A stretch of 62,483 nucleotides of DNA, filler included, from a bacterium (lineage in GTDB: Bacteria; JALSQH01): NCBI GenBank assembly GCA_027004335.1. It is 9 parts of 9 records of this genome, joined end to end, with 100 filler letters (N's around TTAATTAATTAA, not from the genome) between each part and the next. Parts side by side here need not be neighbours in the genome. Positions count along the whole stretch, not along the records: positions 26,268 to 37,050 come from JALTID010000103.1; positions 37,151 to 47,920 come from JALTID010000104.1; 7 more parts are not named here. One strand, written 5' to 3'. Shown here one piece after another: positions 28,800-38,638 of the stretch. A program made the translations under genes and the position numbers. Under the pieces are notes generated by a model. It was not told where the DNA came from, searched no databases, and saw nothing but the letters and a program-made list of their open reading frames with translations. The number at the start of each line of letters is the position of its first letter. Within the stretch, counting starts at the first letter, position 1.

Positions 28800-30870
28800 G
28801 ATAGTTATCAAAAAAGCTTTTTACAAAAGCTGCCGCCTGTTTTTTTGCCTCGGGGGCATTGAGAAGGGCTCCATGAGTTGCTGTTTTGGGCTCTGGTGTG
28901 TCAAGGTAGATTTTATAAAATTCGCACAATCCGGCGGTGTATTTATCCTGAATATTGCCTCTTATTCCGTATGATGGGAAAAATTTAACTTCTGGAACTC
29001 CGTCAATGTGAAAGAAAATAGGAGGAAGTACCGGGATCCCTATACCTCTTGCAAGGTAAGCTGTTCCGCTGTTGGGAACTATTTCATCGTTCCAGACATT
29101 CTGCATCAGGAGATTAACTGGATTTTTTCGGGGAGCAGAGGAGCTTTTTCTTATTAAGTAACTTCCAAAACTTGCAGGATCCGCCGGATCAACAATTGAT
29201 TGATAGAGAGAAAGATATCTCTCTCCCTCCGAAGGATGCATCTCATCAAAATATGTGAGGAGAAATTTGCCACCAGCCTGATAAAATGCGTTTTTCATTA
29301 CTACCCATGTTATTCTCCCACCGGTAACATTGAGTACTGAAGCCCCTATTTCTGGGCTTATGGCTGTTAGGATAGTCCCCAGAAATCCTCCCAGTGATTG
29401 TCCCTGGTAGGCGAAGGTATCTGTTCTGAGATCAGGCTTACCGTCGGGAGTAAGCTGTGAGGTAGATGGATTATATGCATCTACTGCCCCCAGCGATTTT
29501 AAAAAGGTAATGATCTGTAGCTGGTTGAAAACTGTTTGAATCATTTCATCTCTTAGCAGATAAGATCTTATTTTTAGTATCCCATTTTCAGGCCATATCC
29601 CTAAAAAGTTTTTCACCATGTCAAGGTAATCCCCGGGTCTTGGTGTTCTTTCTCCATGATAAACAATATCAATGGCAAAAATTGCTATTCCTCTCTTATT
29701 AAATTCATCTGCTATGCCGAATACCGCCTCTTTTCTGTTGCCGAGACCATGTTGAAATATCATTACAGGAAAAGGTTCTGTACCTTCTTTAGGCAGGAGA
29801 AGTAAGAAGGGTACCTCTTCGATTGTAATATCGGGAAATGAATTGTGAAAGTAATCAAAATTGATTTCGCCATTTTTATCCCTGAAATTGATCAACGGGA
29901 GTTCCCCTTTTATCACAACTCCTGTGTAGGGATTTCTTGGGGGGAGTTCCTCAGTTATATATTCAGTGAAATGATGTGGGTGTTNNNNNNNNNNATATTC
30001 GGCAGTTGAAGAAAATTCGTCAATTATCTCTCTGGCTTTTAAGTATTCAGGAAATATTCCTTCGGTGGTAAAGGTGAGAATGAAAATAGGATCGGAATTT
30101 GTGATACTGAGATCGTAGAAGACTTTTCTTGCCGCATTTGCATTATTTCTGATCCTTTTGCATGCTGAACAATCTGAATTCAATTTTTCAAAATAGTAAT
30201 TGTCAGGTTTAACTGTTGAACCATCCATGCTCTTTATGGATGGCATAATGAGGAGCGCATATGTTGTTGATTGCTTGAGAGGAATATGGGGGTAGAGAAA
30301 AAGGTAATTTTCATCGTAGTCAAAGTATGGTTCCATGGGAATAATAGTAGTTTCATCTGGATTTGTTGTTGCAGATGTGTTTTCACCATAAGAGATATTC
30401 CGAGAACTAATATTATTATTTCTTGGTTTACTAGATATCACCTTGATCAGGAAAAAGGGTGAATCAGGTGAAGTGCAGAGGAAAGAGTAAGCTTTCTGGA
30501 TAATATCAGGGTCCAGAGGCTTACTGAATTTTACTATTATGGGTGAGTTTAACCCAAAACCAGTCATTTTATCCATGGTTGAAACTGGGCTACCGTAGGC
30601 ATTCAAAACAGGATCTTTCTCTCTTTCAGCAGGGATTTTTAAAAAAATCCCTGTGGGTGAAAAAATACTTTCTCTTGTATATAAGTCCCATGGGTATGGA
30701 AAAAGTCCATTTTCTGGAGATGTAAGAATATAGTTTGGTAGAGATTTCTCCTCATGAAGGGAGTAATTTACACATCCATAACTTATAAAGGCCAATAGCA
30801 GCGAAAGTAAAATAATGGTTTTATCTCTCAATATCAATCTTTTCAGGTACTCCTTTTTTTGTGTACTCAC
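28750..30870 (-). CDS. Secreted lipoprotein alpha/beta hydrolase (Pla-1/Cef-like extracellular lipase), spans a 10-N gap
   Basis: Lipobox SYGC; PYPWD, GFGLNSPI N-domain; QHGLG, GQSLGG nucleophile elbow, DEIVPN, THGAL. Confidence 0.8.
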   Translation of the reverse strand: MSTQKKEYLKRLILRDKTIILLSLLLAFISYGCVNYSLHEEKSLPNYILTSPENGLFPYPWDLYTRESIFSPTGIFLKIPAEREKDPVLNAYGSPVSTMDKMTGFGLNSPIIVKFSKPLDPDIIQKAYSFLCTSPDSPFFLIKVISSKPRNNNISSRNISYGENTSATTNPDETTIIPMEPYFDYDENYLFLYPHIPLKQSTTYALLIMPSIKSMDGSTVKPDNYYFEKLNSDCSACKRIRNNANAARKVFYDLSITNSDPIFILTFTTEGIFPEYLKAREIIDEFSSTAEYXXXXHPHHFTEYITEELPPRNPYTGVVIKGELPLINFRDKNGEINFDYFHNSFPDITIEEVPFLLLLPKEGTEPFPVMIFQHGLGNRKEAVFGIADEFNKRGIAIFAIDIVYHGERTPRPGDYLDMVKNFLGIWPENGILKIRSYLLRDEMIQTVFNQLQIITFLKSLGAVDAYNPSTSQLTPDGKPDLRTDTFAYQGQSLGGFLGTILTAISPEIGASVLNVTGGRITWVVMKNAFYQAGGKFLLTYFDEMHPSEGERYLSLYQSIVDPADPASFGSYLIRKSSSAPRKNPVNLLMQNVWNDEIVPNSGTAYLARGIGIPVLPPIFFHIDGVPEVKFFPSYGIRGNIQDKYTAGLCEFYKIYLDTPEPKTATHGALLNAPEAKKQAAAFVKSFFDNYPMDPPLISPHYSQELQ

Positions 30871-31087
30871 TTATTGTCCCAATACTTGAAAAAGGTATCC
30901 AGTGTCTGACAGCTTCCCTATCTGCGAATCTGTCATCAACTGTGACAAAAGTAAAAAAATCTTCAAATACATCTTTGATAAATCCGGTTTCTTTGTTGAA
31001 CCTTCCATCGGTGGTAGTTAACTCTACCTTTCTCCCAGATAATTTCAAAAGTAGATCCTTTATAGTCAGCTTTTTCACCTCCGCCAT
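30821..31087 (-). CDS. Small Sm/LSm-fold-like protein
   Basis: AGGAGG RBS; helix followed by GRKVEL...GFIKDVFEDFF...WIPFSSIGTI. Confidence 0.6.
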   Translation of the reverse strand: MAEVKKLTIKDLLLKLSGRKVELTTTDGRFNKETGFIKDVFEDFFTFVTVDDRFADREAVRHWIPFSSIGTISEYTKKGVPEKIDIER

Positions 31088-31097
31088 CTGTTACCTC

Positions 31098-32792
31098 CTA
31101 AATTTCCATCTCAGAAAATAGCTTAACAGCCTTTTTTAATGGAATAATATAACTGAGAAGAATTATTGTCAAGGCTGATCCGTAGAGAGAAAAAATAATT
31201 AGGTATTCTCCAAAAGTTAGACGTTGTCTCAGGTATATATGTTTAAAGAGAAAATAGGTGGGTAAGGAAACAAGTGTCGTAACACCGATAACAAACAGTG
31301 AAGTAATGAGCATGTATACTATCCCCCCGTAACTTGTAGCGATCTGTGCCACATTTTCGAATCTCAGTACGGGGTATTTTGTCCCGTAGTAGATGCCCAT
31401 GGTTGATACCGAAACAGTGAGAAAGAGAATTGTTACTGTTGAAACGGTGGTGATCAGTGGGGTTGTATTTAGAAATCTGCATGAGAAGAAAGTTATTATG
31501 AAACCCACCACTGCAATGGGAAGTAAATTAAAGGTCATTTTGGATATTATGAATCTTTTTTCTTGAACAGGTGAACCTTTTATCAGCCACAGAGACCTAC
31601 TTTCAAGACTCACTGAGGGGAAAATAAATCTTGCCCCAAGAGCGGAGATTACAAGTCCTGCCAGTACAAGATTTGCGTAACCTATCATATTCTTCAGATA
31701 GAGAGAATTTATGGGGGTCTTATCAAGAGGCAAGACTGAAAAATTATAGAGATAGATTATTATGAGGAAAAGAAGTAAAAACAACTGAGACCACTGAGAT
31801 GCGTCTCTGAAGAATAACCTCCAGTCTTTCAAAAACATCTCTTTATAGAAAGAGGGCAGGAATGATGAGAGTTTTCCTATTATTGAATTTTCTCTCTTTT
31901 TCAATCTTGCTCCTTTACCCTCAATAGCCCTGGAAAGCCCATTTCTGAAAAAGAGGTAGAAACTGTATCTTGCAAGTAGATAGAAAAAATACCCTGTGTA
32001 GAGAAAAAAGAGAATATCTATCCATGGAATGGGGTGCTTTTCTAAGAGGTTCATTATGATCTTGTGCATCATGGTGGAGGGAAGGTAGGATGCGTTACCC
32101 TGGCTCAGGGTAGAAATGTAGTTCCCTATGGAACCCAGGAATTCAGGATTGACCAGTCTCTCCGGTCTCATGACCCTGAAGAGTAGAACCACTCCCCCAG
32201 CAAAGAGTATAGTTATAATTACAAAGAGATCCCTGAGAGTTCTAACGGGGAAAGCGTTTATCAGAAGCTCAGTTATAAGTTTTCCCATGGATGCAGGGAT
32301 AATGAGGAAAGGAAATAGAATAATGAAAAGTGTAACATAGTAAGCTATCTCTGCTTTAAAGACTATTCCATAGGCAATGAAAACGGGTAATCCGAAAATA
32401 TAAACCATCCACGAACTTATGATTGTGTTAAGTGTAAATCTCGTCTTGAATAGCAAATCGTAGTCCACGGGGGTTACTTGGAGCAGTTGTAGATCCGACG
32501 AGAGAAAAAATGTTCCCAGAGAGGTAATTAAGTTACTGAAAATTAGAAGAGTGAAAAAAGTTATTAAAATAAGAGAAAGTATCTTGCTGACAAGAAATGG
32601 TCCAATCAACTGAATTGAATTGAAATATATTAGCATTTTCCATGAAATTATCAGAGTTACAACAAAAATAGTGATCCCAAGGAGAATTGCTCCAGAGATC
32701 TTTCGTACTAATATCCCCTTCTTCCGTGGGGGAAGAAAATTAAGGAGGAGAGGGTGAAATAGGGATAAAAAATTTAGATTCTTTCTATCCAT
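31098..32792 (-). CDS. ABC-2-type exporter permease
   Basis: About 12-14 TM helices; SSDLQLL..TPV, KDWRLFFRD..QWSQ, FPSVSLE. Confidence 0.85.
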   Translation of the reverse strand: MDRKNLNFLSLFHPLLLNFLPPRKKGILVRKISGAILLGITIFVVTLIISWKMLIYFNSIQLIGPFLVSKILSLILITFFTLLIFSNLITSLGTFFLSSDLQLLQVTPVDYDLLFKTRFTLNTIISSWMVYIFGLPVFIAYGIVFKAEIAYYVTLFIILFPFLIIPASMGKLITELLINAFPVRTLRDLFVIITILFAGGVVLLFRVMRPERLVNPEFLGSIGNYISTLSQGNASYLPSTMMHKIIMNLLEKHPIPWIDILFFLYTGYFFYLLARYSFYLFFRNGLSRAIEGKGARLKKRENSIIGKLSSFLPSFYKEMFLKDWRLFFRDASQWSQLFLLLFLIIIYLYNFSVLPLDKTPINSLYLKNMIGYANLVLAGLVISALGARFIFPSVSLESRSLWLIKGSPVQEKRFIISKMTFNLLPIAVVGFIITFFSCRFLNTTPLITTVSTVTILFLTVSVSTMGIYYGTKYPVLRFENVAQIATSYGGIVYMLITSLFVIGVTTLVSLPTYFLFKHIYLRQRLTFGEYLIIFSLYGSALTIILLSYIIPLKKAVKLFSEMEI

Positions 32793-33538
32793 TTTTCAAC
32801 GAGGGAGGTTTCACCTGTTAATTTTAAGAAAATATCCTCAAGTTTTTCTTCTTTACCACTTCCGGCCATTTCTCTTAATTCTTCCGTTGTCCCCTCGGCA
32901 ATGAGTGTTCCGCGATCTATTATTCCAATCCTATCACACATCTCCTCTGCCACTTCCAGAGAATGGGTAGACATAAAAATTGTGATCCCTCTCTCTCTGG
33001 CAAGTTTCCAGAAGGTCTTTTTAATTAATCTGGCACCTTTGGGATCAAGTCCCACCATGGGTTCATCTACAACGATTAATTGCGGATTGTGGATAAATGC
33101 TGCGATCATTACCAATCTCTGTTTCATTCCATGGGAATAATTTTCAATGAGTTCATTCTGCCATTCCTGAAGATCAAATATTTCAAGAAAACTATCAATG
33201 TCGTTTTTAATTTCGGAGGAGGAAAACCCATAGAGTGATGCAACAAAGTAGAGAAATTCCCTTCCTGTGAGTCTTTCGTATATGAATGGCCTGTCAGGAA
33301 TTATTCCCATCAATTGCTTGGCCTTTTGAGAGTCCTTCAGGATGCTGTATCCTCCAATTACTGCGTCTCCCGATGTGGGGAGGAGAATCCCCGTTATAAT
33401 TTTTATCGTGGTAGTCTTGCCTGCGCCATTTGGACCGAGAAACCCGTAGATTTCACCTTTTTTAACATGAAGATTAATTCCTTTTAGAGCCTCAAAAGTT
33501 CCAAATTTTTTCCTGAGATTTATTAACTCAAGCATCAT
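32774..33538 (-). CDS. ABC transporter ATP-binding protein
   Basis: GPNGAGKTT, YSHGMKQ signature, VVDEP, STH. Confidence 0.95.
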   Translation of the reverse strand: MMLELINLRKKFGTFEALKGINLHVKKGEIYGFLGPNGAGKTTTIKIITGILLPTSGDAVIGGYSILKDSQKAKQLMGIIPDRPFIYERLTGREFLYFVASLYGFSSSEIKNDIDSFLEIFDLQEWQNELIENYSHGMKQRLVMIAAFIHNPQLIVVDEPMVGLDPKGARLIKKTFWKLARERGITIFMSTHSLEVAEEMCDRIGIIDRGTLIAEGTTEELREMAGSGKEEKLEDIFLKLTGETSLVEKWIERI

Positions 33539-33578
33539 GAAAATTATACAGCAAAAGAATGTTATAACAAAAAGGTGA

Positions 33579-33607
33579 TTGACAATTTTTACTTTCACTG
33601 TTAAATT
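33579..33607 (+). promoter_or_regulatory. sigma70 promoter of hrcA-grpE-dnaK
   Basis: TTGACA-N17-TAAATT with extended -10 TG. Confidence 0.7.
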
Positions 33608-33613
33608 ATTATT

Positions 33614-34672
33614 ATGGGAAAATGGGAAAATAGTATGGTAAGAAAAAAAAGGAAGATAGATTTTGAAAAGAGAAAATTTATGGTTTTGAAATCCATAGTT
33701 AAGGAGTATCTTGAGAAGGGTGCCCCTGTTTCTTCAAGATGCATTGCCAGGAAGTACGAATTTGGACTCAGCCCCGCTACAATAAGAAACATAATGATGG
33801 ATCTTGAAGAGGAAGGATATATTTTCCAGCCACATATTTCAGCAGGGAGAATTCCCACATCTTCAGGTTTTAGGGTTTATGTTGAGGAGCTTCTTCATTC
33901 TCCTCAGAGTATGTTGAATCTTTCCAAGCAATTCAAAGGGGAATTTGACTCAATAGATATGGGAGAGTCTTCAATTATTCCTGTTACTACAAAAATTCTT
34001 TCCCGGGTGACACACTATCCTTCTATTGCTGTAACAAATCTCGTAGATGATCTGATCCTGAAAAGCTTTACCCTTGTCCCTCAGCCCCCACACTTGATTC
34101 TTGTAGTTATTGTTTATCAGGGTGGTATTGTTAAGACCTTATTGGTTAAGAATATTCATGAGCTTGATAAAAATTCGCTTATAAGGATCGGAAACTATCT
34201 CACAGAAACTTTTTCAGATATGACGATGAGAGAGATTGAATTTCAGTTGAAAAAAAGAATAAAAGAAGTGAGAAACGAGCTGTATAAAACAGCCCTTGAG
34301 ATTTATACTGAGATTTCTGATGAGTACCAGAGAAAAGGAATTGATCCTGCAGAGATACTTATAAATGGAGAGTTAAGTATTATGGAATATCCAGAGTTTT
34401 CAGATTCTGAGAAGGTTAGGAGATTACTGAAGGTATTGAGGGAAAAGGAGTTCATTTTAAGTGTAATGGAGAAGGCTAAAGAGAATCTTAATGGTACTGT
34501 ACTTATGGGAGAAGAAATCGGAGCAACAGACCTGGATGTAGCTGTAATAGCTGGAGGTTTCCGTGGAATTATGAGAGGAGTGATTGGCATTGTTGGGCCA
34601 TTAAGAATGAATTATCCAGAGGTTATAATGGCATTGCGTATGATTGTGAACAGGCTTAATCATAGAAATTGA
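33614..34672 (+). CDS. hrcA: Heat-inducible transcription repressor
   Basis: PVSS, SPATIRN.M.DLEEEGY..QPH.SAGRIPT..G.R.YV, GIVGPLRMNY; start 33614 or 33635. Confidence 0.96.
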   Translation: MGKWENSMVRKKRKIDFEKRKFMVLKSIVKEYLEKGAPVSSRCIARKYEFGLSPATIRNIMMDLEEEGYIFQPHISAGRIPTSSGFRVYVEELLHSPQSMLNLSKQFKGEFDSIDMGESSIIPVTTKILSRVTHYPSIAVTNLVDDLILKSFTLVPQPPHLILVVIVYQGGIVKTLLVKNIHELDKNSLIRIGNYLTETFSDMTMREIEFQLKKRIKEVRNELYKTALEIYTEISDEYQRKGIDPAEILINGELSIMEYPEFSDSEKVRRLLKVLREKEFILSVMEKAKENLNGTVLMGEEIGATDLDVAVIAGGFRGIMRGVIGIVGPLRMNYPEVIMALRMIVNRLNHRN

Positions 34673-34689
34673 AGAGGAGGTAGTTCCAG

Positions 34690-35400
34690 ATGAGCGGGAA
34701 AAAGAAAGAGGAAGAAAAAGATATGCAAAACCCAACTGAAGTAAAAGTTCAAATAGAGAAGGAAGAAAATGAAGAGGAAAATCTTCCTCTTGAAAAAGGA
34801 GATATGGGGATCCCTCCTGAACTTATTGAGGAAGCGGTGAAGAGTGTAAAAAGAGCGGAAAAGAAAGAAGGAAAAAAAGAGAAAAGTGAAGAACAAAGCG
34901 AGAAAATTTCAGAGCTTGAAGGAAGGATTAAAGAGCTTGAAGCAGAAAAAGAGGATTTAAGTGATAGACTTCTGAGACTTGCCGCTGATTTTGATAATTA
35001 CAGGAAGAGAGTGGAGAAAGAGAAGGAGGAGATGTTCAACTATGGTCATGCGAACTTAATAAAGGATATTCTCATTGTGGTTGATAATCTTGAGAGAGCC
35101 ATTGAGGTTGCAGAAGAAAATAGGGATGTTGATGCCCTCCTTAAGGGAGTAGAGTTAACATTAAATAGTTTCTGGAATATATTGAAGAGGTATGGTGTTG
35201 AACCTTTAGAGGCGGAGGGGAAACCATTTGATCCTAATTACCATGAAGCTATAACCCTCGTTGAAACTGGCGAGGTGGAGCCTGGAATAGTGGTAAAAGA
35301 GTTTCAGAAAGGCTACAAGATAAAAGACAGACTTTTAAGACCATCAAGGGTCGGTGTTTCATCAGCTCCGCAGGGAGATGAAGAGAAAGAACAAGAATAA
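34690..35400 (+). CDS. grpE: Nucleotide exchange factor GrpE
   Basis: RLAADFDNYRKR, DNLERA, FDPNYHEA, KGY....RLLRP. Confidence 0.97.
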   Translation: MSGKKKEEEKDMQNPTEVKVQIEKEENEEENLPLEKGDMGIPPELIEEAVKSVKRAEKKEGKKEKSEEQSEKISELEGRIKELEAEKEDLSDRLLRLAADFDNYRKRVEKEKEEMFNYGHANLIKDILIVVDNLERAIEVAEENRDVDALLKGVELTLNSFWNILKRYGVEPLEAEGKPFDPNYHEAITLVETGEVEPGIVVKEFQKGYKIKDRLLRPSRVGVSSAPQGDEEKEQE

Positions 35401-35423
35401 ATTTGTAAAAGGAGAGATAGGGT

Positions 35424-37050
35424 ATGAGTAAAACTGTTGGTATTGATCTTGGTACAACAAATTCTGTAGTAGCAGCACTGGAGAATGGTGAACCAGTCGT
35501 TATCCCTAACTCTGAGGGTAGTAGAATTACTCCATCGGTAGTGGCATTTTCTGAGGATGGTACCATTCTTGTAGGTCAAATTGCGAAACGACAGGCGATC
35601 ATAAATCCTGAGAACACTGTTTTTGCAATAAAAAGACTTATAGGGAGGAAATTCAATTCTACAGAAGTTCAGAGAGATATAAAGATATTACCATATAAAA
35701 TTGTTGAAGCCTCCAATAGTGATGCAAGAATTGAGATCAGAGGTAAGGTTTACAGTCCCTCTGAGATTTCTGCATATGTTCTTATGAAATTGAAAGAGAC
35801 CGCTGAAGATTATCTTGGTGAGGAAATTTCTGATGCGGTTATCACTGTACCTGCCTATTTTAACGACAGCCAGAGACAGGCTACAAAAGATGCTGGTAGG
35901 ATTGCAGGACTGAATGTTCTGAGAATCATAAATGAACCAACTGCTGCTGCTCTTGCTTATGGATTAAACAAAAAAGATAACTTAAAAATAGCCGTATTTG
36001 ATTTAGGTGGTGGTACTTTTGATATTTCAATCCTTGAGTTAAGTGAAGGGGTCTTTGAAGTTGTAGCCACGAACGGTGACACTCATCTTGGAGGTGAAGA
36101 TTTTGATTTGAGAATAGTTGATTTCTTGGCTGAGGAATTTTATAAAGAACATGCTATAGATATAAGAAGAGATAGAATGGCTCTTCAAAGATTGAAAGAA
36201 GCGGCGGAGAAAGCTAAAATGGAACTTTCTACGCTAAAAGAAACGGAGGTGAATCTTCCCTTTATTACTTCCACAGAGAATGGTCCGATGCACCTCGTTT
36301 ATACTCTTACGAGAGCGAAATTGGAGGAGCTTGTTTTTGATCTCATAGAAAAGCTTGATCCTCCCTGCAGGGCTGCCCTCGCTGATGCGAGCTTAACCCC
36401 GGATGATATTGATGAGGTGATCCTCGTAGGTGGTCAAACCAGAATGCCTAAGGTGCAGGAAAAAGTAAAAGAAATATTTGGTAAGGATCCTTCTAAAGGG
36501 GTAAATCCTGACGAGGTTGTTGCCATCGGAGCAGCTATCCAGGGAGGAGTTCTACAGGGGGAAGTTGAGAATGTGGTTCTCTTAGATGTGACTCCAATTT
36601 CCCTTGGTGTTGAAACAGCGGGAGGAGTTTTTACAAAAATTATTGAGAGAAATACGCCTATCCCTGTCTCCAGAAGCAGGATATTTACAACTGCGGAGGA
36701 TAATCAGGATATAGTTAATGTTCATGTTCTTCAGGGTGAAAGAGAATTGGCAAAAGATAATATCTCCCTCGCAAGATTCCAGCTTGTTGGGATACCCCCT
36801 GCCCCCCGAGGGGTCCCTCAAATAGAAGTTGCTTTTACCATTGATGCCAACGGGATTTTACATGTTACGGCAAAGGATCTTGGTACAGGAAAATTCCAAA
36901 CTATAAAGGTTGCAGCTGGGAGCGGTCTGAATGAAGAAGAAATTCAGAGGATAATTGAAGAAGCGGAAAAGTATAAAGAAGAGGATAAGAAGAGGAAGGC
37001 TTTAATAGACTTAAGAAACAATGCTCAGAGTCTAATTTATACCACCAGAA
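35424..37050 (+). CDS. dnaK: Chaperone DnaK (3' truncated)
   Basis: [43 protein letters not shown]. Confidence 0.98.
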
Positions 37051-37150
37051 NNNNNNNNNNNNNNNNNNNNNNNNNNNNNNNNNNNNNNNNNNNNTTAATT
37101 AATTAANNNNNNNNNNNNNNNNNNNNNNNNNNNNNNNNNNNNNNNNNNNN
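37051..37150. other. Artificial contig spacer
   Basis: 44 N + TTAATTAATTAA + 44 N. Confidence 0.99.
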
Positions 37151-37151
37151 G

Positions 37152-37634
37152 GTTTTGATTATTGCAGCTCTTGAAGGTTACGCTATAGGTGGGGGTGCTG
37201 AACTTTCGCTTGTTGCTGACTTAAGAGTTGTTTCCAGAACTGCTTTTTTTCAGTTTAAGCAGACAAAATTGGGACTAATAACTGGTTGGGGAGGAGCCAC
37301 AAGACTTGTTGATCTAATTGGTTCTTCCAGAGCGCTTTATGTTTTAAGCTCAGGGAGAAAAATTTATGCTGAAGAAGCTCATCATCTTGGTCTTGCGGAT
37401 TTTGTTGTTGAGGAGGGTGGTGCGGAAAAAAAAGCGGTGGAGATTATTACTGAGTTGAAAGAAGGTTGCAAAAAAGCAGTTTCTTTTTACAAGGAAATAA
37501 TTCACAATTACAGCAGAAGAGACATTGAAGCTTCTTTTGAAGAGGAAAGAAAGCTGTTTGCTAAACTTTGGGACTCACCGCGTCATAGAAAAGAAGAGAG
37601 GGGATTTTCCCCTGATAAAATGGGGGGAAAATGA
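37152..37634 (+). CDS. Enoyl-CoA hydratase/isomerase family protein (5' truncated)
   Basis: IAALEGYAIGGGAEL...DLR, LGLITGWGGATRL. Confidence 0.9.
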   Translation, partial: VLIIAALEGYAIGGGAELSLVADLRVVSRTAFFQFKQTKLGLITGWGGATRLVDLIGSSRALYVLSSGRKIYAEEAHHLGLADFVVEEGGAEKKAVEIITELKEGCKKAVSFYKEIIHNYSRRDIEASFEEERKLFAKLWDSPRHRKEERGFSPDKMGGK

Positions 37635-37705
37635 TTCTTATAGATAATTACTTGACAACGCCTATATTTTATGCTTTATTTTAAAGTGCTGACAGAGGTG
37701 GGAAT

Positions 37706-38593
37706 TTGAGAGACAAAACAGAAATTATTATTTTTGACCACCTGACGGGGAAGAAAAAGAGAGTTGTTTTTAAAAGAAAGACTCTTTTCGTAGTAAAGTT
37801 GTTTCTTTTTCTCTTTGCTATATCTGCATCTGCCGGGATTATAATAGGGATATCCGCTGTTAAAGAGTATCATGAAAATAAAATTCTCCTTCGGGAAAAT
37901 ATCCGGTTGAAGCTTGATCTTTCAAAATATGAAAAGACAACATCTCTTCTTCAGGCAGAATTTTTAAGGATAAAAAATTACACCATTAAGATAAAAAAGT
38001 TGATTCACTGGAATATTGTTTCTAAGGACAGGCTTGCCAGAGGAGATGGAGATGGTCAATCACCTTCTGTGGTAAGAAGTGAACTTGCTATCCAGATAGA
38101 TAACATCTTTTCAGATCCACTGCTTCATTATGAGGATATAAAAGTTGAACTGGAAAATGTTCTTGATCATTTTAGGGAAAAATTAAGTTATTTAACTTCT
38201 ATTCCCTCTCTTTGGCCGGTAAAGGGATGGGTAACTTCAGGTTTCGGATATAGGATTTCTCCGTTTACCCATACGCTTGAGTTTCATGAAGGCCTTGATA
38301 TTGCCAATGCACCTGGTACTCCTGTGGTTGCACCTGCAGAAGGGTATGTCCTTTACACAGGATGGGCGAGAGGCTATGGAAATGTGATAATCTTAGGTCA
38401 TGGATATGGTATAACCACGATTTATGGTCACCTGGAGAAAATTCTTGTGAAACAGGGCCAGCATGTTATGAGAGGTGAAAAAATTGGGCTCATTGGCTCT
38501 ACGGGTAGAAGTACAGGTCCTCACCTGCATTATGAAGTGAGAGTAAATGGTGTTCCTGTTAATCCTCTTAACTACCTCGTGGAAAGTTTTTAA
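37706..38593 (+). CDS. M23-family metallopeptidase (peptidoglycan endopeptidase)
   Basis: N-terminal TM plus coiled coil; HEGLD, YGHL, STGRSTGPHLHYEV. Confidence 0.93.
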   Translation: MRDKTEIIIFDHLTGKKKRVVFKRKTLFVVKLFLFLFAISASAGIIIGISAVKEYHENKILLRENIRLKLDLSKYEKTTSLLQAEFLRIKNYTIKIKKLIHWNIVSKDRLARGDGDGQSPSVVRSELAIQIDNIFSDPLLHYEDIKVELENVLDHFREKLSYLTSIPSLWPVKGWVTSGFGYRISPFTHTLEFHEGLDIANAPGTPVVAPAEGYVLYTGWARGYGNVIILGHGYGITTIYGHLEKILVKQGQHVMRGEKIGLIGSTGRSTGPHLHYEVRVNGVPVNPLNYLVESF

Positions 38594-38638
38594 GGTTTCA
38601 ACCAAAAATTAAATCCCCTCCCACCCCTGGTTAAGGGA

